Under the pieces are notes generated by a model that did no database searches, was not told the DNA's origin, and saw only the letters and a list, made by a program, of their open reading frames with translations. The position numbers were made by a program, and so were the translations under genes. A stretch of DNA of 44,979 nucleotides, counting the filler, from Jimgerdemannia flammicorona (lineage: Eukaryota), in assembly GCA_003990765.1 (NCBI GenBank). It is 2 parts of 2 records of this genome, joined end to end, with 100 filler letters (N's around TTAATTAATTAA, not from the genome) between each part and the next. Parts side by side here need not be neighbours in the genome. Positions count along the whole stretch, not along the records: positions 22,543 to 44,979 come from RBNJ01001283.1; 1 more part is not named here. One strand, written 5' to 3'. Shown in pieces: positions 36,297 through 44,979 of this stretch (positions within the stretch are counted from its first letter, which is position 1; each line of letters begins with the position of its first letter).

Positions 36297-37526
36297 TTAG
36301 CGCGTAGTGTCAGGCATCAACTCATCGTTTTTAATCGATAACTCATGAGGCGAAGGCGCCGGCGATTGATCGACGACGGGCTTCGGCGACAAATGGGGAA
36401 GAGAACCAACGTCGGCGTTCCTGTTCTCGGAGGTTCTGGCGGTAAAAATGGTCAGGACAGGACGTCGGGCCAGGTGGGAATGACTCGAGGTCGTATCGGG
36501 CTCGCATGTGTGGCTAGTGCGAGGGAACGTGGCAGGGGCGGACGCCGGGTCGGTGGGAGGTGACGGAAGCTTCGCGGTGGATAACGAGGTGTCCTCGTCG
36601 CCGGTGATGGTCTGCGCAGTCGATTCGGGGACGGTATGCGTGGAAGCGGTGGAGAAGAGGCGCGAGATGGGGCGCGAAAGTCGCTTGATGGTTGAATTAG
36701 ATCGTGGGAGCGAGAGGCTACCGTGGGTCGTGGAGGCAGAAGAGGGTTGGGTAGAGGAAGAATCGGTGCCCTCAGCGATGGGTGTCATAAACTTCTGAAG
36801 GAGCATGCCTGAGATCCGGCGTCTGAGCCGTTGGGATTTGTGAGCAACTAAGGGGAAAGTCATTCCATTTTTATTGGTCTTGTCAAGGTCAACGGCGTTG
36901 GCCTTGCTCAAAACCGGTTGCGATGGGGCGAAAGACTTTTTGGTTAGCGGAACGCTGAGTTTCCCCCATTTTTGGTCAATATACTGGCAAATGGCGAACG
37001 TATCTGGATCGTTGAGTTCCAGATTTTCCAGTTCGTTCAACGGGGCGGGGATTTTTGCGAGTGCGTTTGAGGCAACATTCTCTGTGTGCGCGGAGGTTTT
37101 GAGTCTGTCAAGGTCGTGCTCAGGGTTGACTTTAGACTCCACAAATGTGGCTTCCAGAACGTCGGCAAGCTCGGTGAGGGTATGTGAGGAGAGAAGGAGC
37201 TGGTTAAGTTCTCCGGTGTGCAGCGAGTTCGAGCTGACAGTTCCCTCCTCTTTGGGCGTGAGATTGGCGACACTCTTGGTGATGGCGGCGAGCTCGTTGA
37301 CAGCCGCGTTGGCATCGCTCGTGGATGGATCGGGATAGAGGCTTGTGGAGTTTTTTCGTTTGTATTGTCGACTTTCCATCGCTTTGAGCATTTGAATAGT
37401 AAGATTTTCGTGCCAAATCTGCCGAGTTGGGATAGGGTCAGTCGGCTCAAGGGTCGTGGTTACGGTCGACGTTGTGAGTACACGAGGGCCGCGGGGTTCT
37501 GAGCGCGTACGGAGCAGGTTGGGCAT
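36297..37526 (-). CDS. Hypothetical Ser/Thr/Pro-rich protein (409 aa)
   Basis: Uninterrupted ATG-initiated 409-codon ORF in a GC/CpG-rich island; no domain recognised. Confidence 0.7.
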   Translation of the reverse strand: MPNLLRTRSEPRGPRVLTTSTVTTTLEPTDPIPTRQIWHENLTIQMLKAMESRQYKRKNSTSLYPDPSTSDANAAVNELAAITKSVANLTPKEEGTVSSNSLHTGELNQLLLSSHTLTELADVLEATFVESKVNPEHDLDRLKTSAHTENVASNALAKIPAPLNELENLELNDPDTFAICQYIDQKWGKLSVPLTKKSFAPSQPVLSKANAVDLDKTNKNGMTFPLVAHKSQRLRRRISGMLLQKFMTPIAEGTDSSSTQPSSASTTHGSLSLPRSNSTIKRLSRPISRLFSTASTHTVPESTAQTITGDEDTSLSTAKLPSPPTDPASAPATFPRTSHTCEPDTTSSHSHLARRPVLTIFTARTSENRNADVGSLPHLSPKPVVDQSPAPSPHELSIKNDELMPDTTR

Positions 37527-39792
37527 GATGGGGGTTTATACGAATATCCGAGTCTCACGGTGAGTTGCTGAAGGTCGCAGATGACATTAAGTGTATCAGA
37601 GTGAAATGGCATCGTGGATGCTCATAAAGGAGTAGTAAGCATCTCCGTATCAGTCGCGCAAGTCGACAACATTTCACTTAGATGATGTACCCTAATCAGA
37701 TTTATACAGCCATCTACTGATGTGATAGGGAAAAGGGGCATGGTAGCGTGGTTCTCAAAGAACTCACAATGATCAAGTCAACTGTGAAAATCTAAGTCAA
37801 ACAAAACCGCTTCACAGAACGTAAATGAGTTTGGCATCCCACTTAATAGTCTCTCAAAAACGGGATATTTCTTGTGAGAATCAATGTCCAGGATTTTGGT
37901 GAACGATATATAAAAGAACCGGTTTGGCAGCGACTGTTTCTGGAGACCTCCAATTTTTAGGTAAGCTACAAACTGTCACATATCCGGTAATCCTCAGCAT
38001 GGGCCCCGGTACCGGAGACCAACGTTAACAGCATTCTAAAATAAAGTATCTTAGATTGCCTATGTGACACAGTGGAACAGTGGAGTCCTCTTACCACCTT
38101 CGGACGGCCTGTGTCCACCGAAAGATCTCGCAGATGGTCAAACCATTCTGTGGAATGTTATTATGGAAGTTATTAAAACAGAGCGAACAAGGTACCATGA
38201 GTCTCATCAAGGTCTCCTATTTCGCAAACATGATATCAACCTAGGCAAATATTACAGCACGGGATGATAAGATTGTCGCATTTTGTCCCTTTGCCCTATG
38301 CAAGAAGACCACAGGTGTGAAGAATGCGCGTTGTCTCTCCTTGAATGTCTGATGTGGTCTGGTGAAGGCTCGCTCATGCTAATGAGGACAGTGGATTTGT
38401 CCAACGCGCCGTATGCATAGAAATAAAAGCGTTGCGTTATGAATGTTTTCGGTTGGAATGCAAGGGGCTTCAAGCTCAAATATATATATATATGTATTTT
38501 ATGCGTCATATGGGATACTTTCCAGCTTTGCAGCACTTACACGTTGACATAGAAGATATCTTCTATCCTATAAAAAATAATCGTCAGAATTTCGCCATGT
38601 TGACTCATATTAATGCGCATTGGGCTTATCTTTTTCTCGTATCCCTTCGTTGTACCGGTGCGTCCTACCTTCTTTCTTTTTTTTTTTTTTTTAATGTAGT
38701 AATGCAACTTTCACATGCACGGCGCTGCAGATGAAAAATGTCTATCCGGCTACATATACATACAAGGCAACGTATACGTATGTACGTGAACATATATATG
38801 CATGCATATACGATTTTATACATCCCGGTCGAGGCATGAGACGGATCGCTGGTTGCAAATTTCCGGCCTCCCTGTTTTGTCTGTTGACAAATATCGACGG
38901 ACGCAAATTTCCGATGACATGGACACATGACTTCGGTTTCGGAGCGGTCGACTCGAAATATGATATCATGAATTAGCCTCCTTTGTTGTAGCTGCTAGGC
39001 AAATAATTACATCCCGTAATAATACCGATCATGTTTCATTGTTCCGTTATCCAGCATCATGGAATATATTAGCTTCTCGGACGAAAAGAAAGAAGGGCGA
39101 GATTGGCAAGTGTGTGGCACCAGGTCGAGGCACTATAGGTTACAGTTCACGAGGAGTTGGATCCTTACCAGTAGTAGTACCTGCTACTTACGGCAGGGAA
39201 TGGGTTGGGGCCGTCCGGGTGCGATCTGAACAGTCTTGATAGTGTTACTGTTATACGGCTAAGAAATGTCACTAACACAACACGGGTCCGCGTGGAAGGC
39301 ACCCTTCTGGTCCAAATTGACATGACATGATTTGCTTTCGGCATTTCGCACCTTCCTTTCTCGATCGCCCCGAGGTGACACGGCAATCCGTATAGGACAT
39401 TTCATTCCGCTCGTCATACCTACAACTACCAGCCCCGCTCCACCACCCACCCACCCCCAACCCCCTCCCCCGTTTCTTTTTCTTTTTGTTGGGCCTGAGC
39501 GGACCGTCTTGTACCGAACCACTTCTTCCCCCTTTCCCGGACTTGGCACGGAATTAAAGTAAGTTCAAACCAATTCGTCAGAGACACTATCTATGTCTAG
39601 ATCATCACCAAGCTCTATATCATACCCGCTTGCTCCGCCCTTCCTCGTGCTCTCTTTCCTTCAGCCAACGTTTTGTTCATCTCATCTGTCCCTGACCAAC
39701 TCCTGCTCTCCACCCTCTCACAACAATAAACTAAGAGCAGCAGGTCAAACAATTCAACCCTTTCTCTCTCGGCGCCACCGACCTACACTATC

Positions 39793-40566
39793 ATGAAGTT
39801 CCACCTCACCCTGGCACTGGCTTTCGTAGCCCTCGCCACCTCCGTCGGCGCCTCGTCCCCCAACAACAACCGTCACCGTCTGGCCCGTCGCGCTCCCCCT
39901 GTTATATCGGTAGACCCAGGCGTAGGTGTCATCGCCTCTTCGCCCGATAAGGCCACACCGACACCTACGCCCGCTCCCGCGACCTCCCAGGATAAAGGCA
40001 CACCGACCCCGACCCCGGCCCCGACGCCAACGCCCACACCACCCCCGGCCACCTCCGCTGCCCTTGCGCCTACCAGTTCCCCGGCCGAAGTTGTTAACTC
40101 GTCCTTGCCACCCACCTCCACCCCAATCATCGTCGCCTCGAGCAGCGTCCCCCCGTCATCGACCCTGCCGCCGAGCAGTCCTGTCGCCTCGTCGACTACC
40201 CTTGTGAGCACCGTTCATAGTAGCACCGCCTCCAGCTACAACTACAGCTACAGCTACTCGCTTCTGTCCACAAATCCCTCCTACATGAGTTTTATTTCCT
40301 CGAGCGTCACGCCCACTCTTCAGCCGAACGAGAATTCCGACCAGTCCTCAGGCTCATCCAGCGGCGTCATCATTGCCGCCTCATCTGTCGTCGCAGGTGT
40401 CGCTGCCCTTGCCATCGTCGGCTTCGTGTGGCGCAAGGTCTACCGTCACCGCCGTGAAGGCTGGGACGATGAGGAGATCCTGCATGCGCGTGGGTACTCG
40501 TGGGGTCCCAACACCGCGGGGGATCCGTTCAAGAGCACGCTTGATCAGTACCATAGGTCAAATTAA
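39793..40566 (+). CDS. Single-pass Ser/Thr/Pro-rich cell-surface protein (Mid2/mucin-like)
   Basis: Signal peptide MKFHLTLALAFVALATSVGA, RR dibasic site, PT-repeat/S-rich stalk, TM GVIIAASSVVAGVAALAIVGFVW followed by RK, tail ending DPFKSTLDQYH. Confidence 0.88.
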   Translation: MKFHLTLALAFVALATSVGASSPNNNRHRLARRAPPVISVDPGVGVIASSPDKATPTPTPAPATSQDKGTPTPTPAPTPTPTPPPATSAALAPTSSPAEVVNSSLPPTSTPIIVASSSVPPSSTLPPSSPVASSTTLVSTVHSSTASSYNYSYSYSLLSTNPSYMSFISSSVTPTLQPNENSDQSSGSSSGVIIAASSVVAGVAALAIVGFVWRKVYRHRREGWDDEEILHARGYSWGPNTAGDPFKSTLDQYHRSN

Positions 40567-41434
40567 ATGGGCGGTGGACAGTAGGAAGGTGTGTAATGCG
40601 GTGGTATGGTGCGTCAAAAATGACCGCGGGTTTATAGTTTATATTACATAGAACTGTCCGCCCAGTAACGCAGGAACAGTTAGTACATCTTAGGCGTTGG
40701 TGGTAATGGCGTATCTGCGCGAATATGCGGTGGGTCCTGATTGAATCAGGTCTTTGTTTATCTGTACTAGTTAATTCGAATTGTATCCGTCCATTGTATC
40801 CTCTTTATTCCCCTTGTTTATTATCTGTCTAGACCGTATAAACTGCGTTCATCCGCCCTTTTGAGGCACCTCAATCACTGCATGACTTCTCTTGATCCTA
40901 AAGTGACAAAGTACGGAAGATTTTAAAAACGAGGAAGGACTTTGGTACCTTTGGAAGAATGGGTTCATTTTAAGATTGACGACCCGCCGTGTTTAATCAC
41001 GATTCTCCTCGTGGTAATGTACGCGTCTTGGTCCAGCTACCACTCTTTGTCGCGGTGGCCCAATCTGGATGGCCGTTCGGTCGTTTGGCTGGCCAAACAC
41101 TTATTTCTGCTTCCTTCTCTAATGCTTCGGACATCGACGGGACGTATTTTTAATCGGCGACACCTGGTTTCAGAATATATTGACATCAACACCGCGTCGT
41201 GGCATCGTTACCTATGCTGCGTAAGTCATTGATCGACGGTGCTTCTCCTGCAAGACTAAGAGCTGGGCATATATGTGAGGAACGATAAAGAACACATACG
41301 TCGTATTCACAGTGGTGAGTTCAAACGTATCATCCTTGTCTTTCGAAACACTGGTCTCTCGTCGACGTCGTCGCGATGCGGAAAAATCTCCGTTCGCTCA
41401 ACCTCCTCGGGGAATGTACATGCTTCTGCTTTCC

Positions 41435-41471
<37 letters not shown>

Positions 41472-43168
41472 GGTAGGGGTCGCGGGTTCATCCAAAGGAC
41501 TTGCAGGATGTGCATATATGAATGGAGATCTAGTTCATCTTTTCCAGGTAGCATTGGGTCTATCAGCTTGATTGTATGCTCTGATAAGATAGTATACATA
41601 TCTAATAATAATTTCTTTTGGAATTTGTATGGATTCTCTTTAAAAGTTGTATATATGTAGCTAAAAGCATTGCGTTTTCTTCTGGATATTGTTAATAAAT
41701 ATACTGAACTTTAGCTTTTATTTTAAATATTTGATTTTTTTTTTTTATCGACTAACATCAATATCTCTAATATAATATATATCAATCTGGAAGTTTATAA
41801 GTTTGACTAAATATTATTATTTGACCATGTTACTGTCTAAGATTATAACAAAGGTAAGATAAGATCTCTTAACCATATTTGGTACTTCTGAATTTCTGTT
41901 TTTGTTAAAATATTTAGCTTTTATGTTTTAGCGTTTGTAATATCCAGTCTCCTGCATTAGTCAAAATTTTATAAATTACCCTAACTTTAATATCTATTCC
42001 ATTTTACAATTAATTTAAAGTACTTATTAATGTGAACAGGTAGGATTCATCTAACGGATATCGGATTCGATTCAATCTGGATTATCAATTTTCATCAGAT
42101 CCGAATTGCACACAGACCATTTAGATCTGTTCGGAGTTTTAATAACGTCTGGTATTATGACTTGTTTGTAAATTGCTGTGCCAATTTTTCTATGGCATCT
42201 ATAATTGAGCAAGAATACATGCCGCATGCTGTACGAAGTGAAAACGGTGACAGTTGCGACAACCTCAGCATAATTGCATAGTGTGCACCGTATATCCGTG
42301 TAATAAGTCAGAGCTCAATTCCACGAACGCCCAATTCTGGTCGAGTGATCTGTCGGCGACGATCGATGAGTAAGTGACTATATCGGTCGCATCCACCCAA
42401 ACGTGGAGGTTGTTGATGGTCACTCATTTACCGAATTACCTCATATCATCGCCTGGAGTCACTTGCCATATGAGGTCATCCGCCCATGTATGGATGGCTA
42501 CGGTAGGTGTGCGTCGCGAAAGATCATAAATTCGTCTCGAAAGAAAAGCAAGTTATTAACAACATCGCACAAACAAACAATCTAACTAGACATCTTCTAG
42601 CATCAATATTGTGAATACACCCCACCATCCTTCGACTTGGGGAGGTGACTTTGATCTGCTGGCGTGTAAAATTTTCTTTTCAAGCTCACCCTCTCTTTCG
42701 TCGCCAATTCTGACCATCGTTTCTTTGTCAATGAGGACTCATTTGTTCTGGTGGTCGCCAAAAGCATGCGCGTCGAGTTGGTCATAGAAGAATAGCAGCT
42801 TGTGGACCTCGTCTTGTTTGAATTGTCAATATCCTCGTCGAGCGAAGAGATGCAGCGCATTCTGTAGAAATTTGGCATAGAGACCGGCCACCGTAAGTCC
42901 GGATCTATTTTTGGTAAAGTATGTGAGCATGATCAACATCAGAAAAAATGCAACATTCTTACCAAGAAAATTCTCCCCAATCTTACCTTCTCAACGTTTC
43001 GACCGTGACAGCTTCGGGGTTTCGGGTGCGGTTTTGGTATTGGACATGGTCGCTGGAGTGTCGGTTGTCAAGGTCTCGAACGGCAGACGTTTTCGGTGTC
43101 ATCAGAACACTGGTTTTTATTTTTCAGATATTCAGGTGGCAACACAAAGAAAACTGGCTTGTCATCAG

Positions 43169-43263
43169 CAGTGCCCCCCAAACGAACCAATTCGAATCGG
43201 GGTTGATTCGAATCGAATTGAGGTCTGATTATGATTCGAATCAAATTGAGATCCGATTCGATT

Positions 43264-43330
<67 letters not shown>

Positions 43331-43337
43331 TTAATTT

Positions 43338-43377
<40 letters not shown>

Positions 43378-43539
43378 CAAACTTTGAAATATGATTTCTC
43401 GATGGAAACATATGAAATTTTTTTATGCTGGATTCGTCTATATAAGTTGAATCCAACAAGCTAAAAATCGTATGTTTTGGTCGAGCAATTGAATTTTAAA
43501 AATCAAATTGGACCTCAATTCGATTCATTCGGAACACTA
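43169..43539. mobile_element. Non-autonomous hAT-like MITE, copy 2, with 8-bp TSD
   Basis: Flanked by GTCATCAG at 43161-43168 and 43540-43547; termini CAGTG...CACTA; same subterminal repeats and internal AATC(C/T)AACAAGCTAAAA as 4737-5100. Confidence 0.88.
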
Positions 43540-44127
43540 GTCATCAGGATGATGTCAAATCACAACTGAAGTCCCTGCCCGCGAGTAAACGCGAGTAAAC
43601 AGGTCTTGCCGCGAGTTGGCGAGTCTTAGCCATGGCGATGGCTCAGCCAGGTGTGCCTTCCAGCCAGGTGTGCCTTCCATGTTAAGGTCGCCAAGAAGCC
43701 GCTCACACGACACAAAATCACGCTAGCTGGGTGGTGGGGTCCATCGGTGTATCAAGTTTCCAGCGGGCATGATTATTGGAAGATTATTAAAATTATTCAG
43801 TGCCAAACTTGTTTGTAATAGTGTTTCTTAATATACTCATCATATTCATAGTAGTACTATCATGGATTTTGTATACAACCCTTCAGGTTACCATTCTAAA
43901 ATAATATTAGCTTCTATTAATATTATTACTTAATATTATACTTTTGTACTATTTTTTTTTTTTTTTTTTTTTTTTATACTTTACTATATATTTAACATTT
44001 GACTTCCAATATTATAAATATTATATAAATGATTATCATAGCTTCAATGCTAGAGTAGATAAGATATAAATACTCTGCACAAAAATTAAGTAGTTTAATA
44101 AAGAGTAGTTTTATGGATGAAACATAA

Positions 44128-44201
44128 GCTCGCATAGCTCAGTTGGTTAGAGCGTGGTGCTAATAACGCCAAGGTCGCAGGTTCGACCCCTGCTGTGAGC
44201 A
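44128..44201 (+). tRNA. tRNA-Ile (anticodon AAT)
   Basis: Cloverleaf: acceptor GCTCGCA/TGTGAGC, D arm GCTC/GAGC, anticodon loop CT-AAT-AA, T loop TTCGACC. Confidence 0.97.
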
Positions 44202-44208
44202 TTTTTTT
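44202..44208 (+). terminator. RNA polymerase III oligo-T terminator
   Basis: T7 run immediately after the tRNA discriminator base. Confidence 0.85.
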
Positions 44209-44210
44209 CT

Positions 44211-44279
44211 TTTTTAATGATTATATTGCCTCGTGCGTCAGAACGTTTTTATGATTATATTGTCTCGAGCGTCAGAACG
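44211..44279. repeat. Tandem ~34-bp duplication downstream of the tRNA
   Basis: ATGATTATATTG(C/T)CTCG(T/A)GCGTCAGAACG occurs twice. Confidence 0.85.
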
Positions 44280-44979
44280 ATATTGTACTAAGTTCGCACT
44301 TCCCCAGTGCAGGCGAGCTCCGCGGGACATGTCAACATTCCGATGGAAAGGGAACGGTGTTACCTTATCACTGCTGCACCTTCCACCCCACCCCACCTGA
44401 CCCCGCTTCCCTCCCTGCGGAACCTAAAAGGAACTGGTGGTGTTTGTACACCAGCGGTTATGGGGTTTGTTTGATGACACAAGGGGAAGTGGGTCGTCCC
44501 GGAAACCCGGGGGAGGGTGGTGGGCCTGAGTTTTGGGGTCCGTGATGGTAATGAGAGAGGAGAGAAGGGTTCGGGTTATGGTGGTGTGTATGTAGGGTGT
44601 TGTGTGCACATAATGGCATGCTGGTTGGCTTTCTTCGTCGCTCAGAAGCTCACGTCGCTCAACTGTGGATTTCTATTTGTGGGCAAATGAGATGGATTGG
44701 AGGTGTCCATAAAAGGCAATGATAGACGGCGATCTCTTGTGGGCGCGAAACCAGTCGCGTCAAGGGGGGTCATGGTTTATTGGAGGGCTGGAGGTGGGTC
44801 GGTGCGAGATGAAGAGTATGGTTTCGGCCATTTTAGAATATGTGGTTGACAGTTGCCGAAGGAGGAGACCATCATGTGCGCCCTTAGTTTTCGGTCCATT
44901 CCGGAAAAAAAAAAAAATTCGCACCGTGACAGGTTTTCGGGCGCCCAAGGCAATTACGCTGCTGATCGCGGTGCGGGGG

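Noticed and set aside
40940..41560. Exon-like fragments with an LRR-like peptide (RKNLRSLNLLG)
   Set aside because: No consistent reading frame could be assembled; at most a pseudogene scrap.
42040..42135. GGATTCG/GATCCGAAT repeats resembling MITE subtermini
   Set aside because: No matching TIR pair or TSD found.
42603..43140. Minus-strand 91-aa ORF with an upstream exon candidate
   Set aside because: The upstream exon has an in-frame stop and no recognisable domain.
43577..43678. Short tandem duplications (CGCGAGTAAA x2; CAGCCAGGTGTGCCTTC x2)
   Set aside because: Ordinary slippage-type duplications with no further structure.

Overview
Intron-rich fungal genomic DNA; TE families and gene architecture suggest an early-diverging Mucoromycota such as Endogonales (inference). 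The window is two contigs joined by an artificial N/TTAATTAATTAA linker at 22443-22542. Bases 1-13.3 kb are decayed, C-to-T-mutated transposons: two dUTPase-carrying Ty3/Gypsy elements (one a chromovirus), a hAT-type MITE, a LINE RT fragment and a MULE transposase. A gene block follows (WDR44-like WD40 protein, SDO1, RPS7, 5' part of an AMSH-like gene). The second contig has a haloacid dehalogenase, several orphan genes, a decayed Sola-like DNA transposon, a PD-(D/E)xK nuclease-fold gene, a Mid2-like membrane mucin, a second MITE with an 8-bp TSD and tRNA-Ile(AAT). Two signals stand out. (1) Directly behind the Sola-like transposase lies an intronless tandem-HIT-domain membrane-protein gene that reads sensibly only with TGA=Trp (13 in-frame TGA, 1 TGG), which suggests Mollicutes endosymbiont DNA captured by a fungal transposon. 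(2) Next to it are two identical 67-bp cores, each closed by a different base-paired stem, a candidate unknown structured RNA or palindrome-targeting mini-element. All translations and exon calls were done by hand, so boundaries are approximate.
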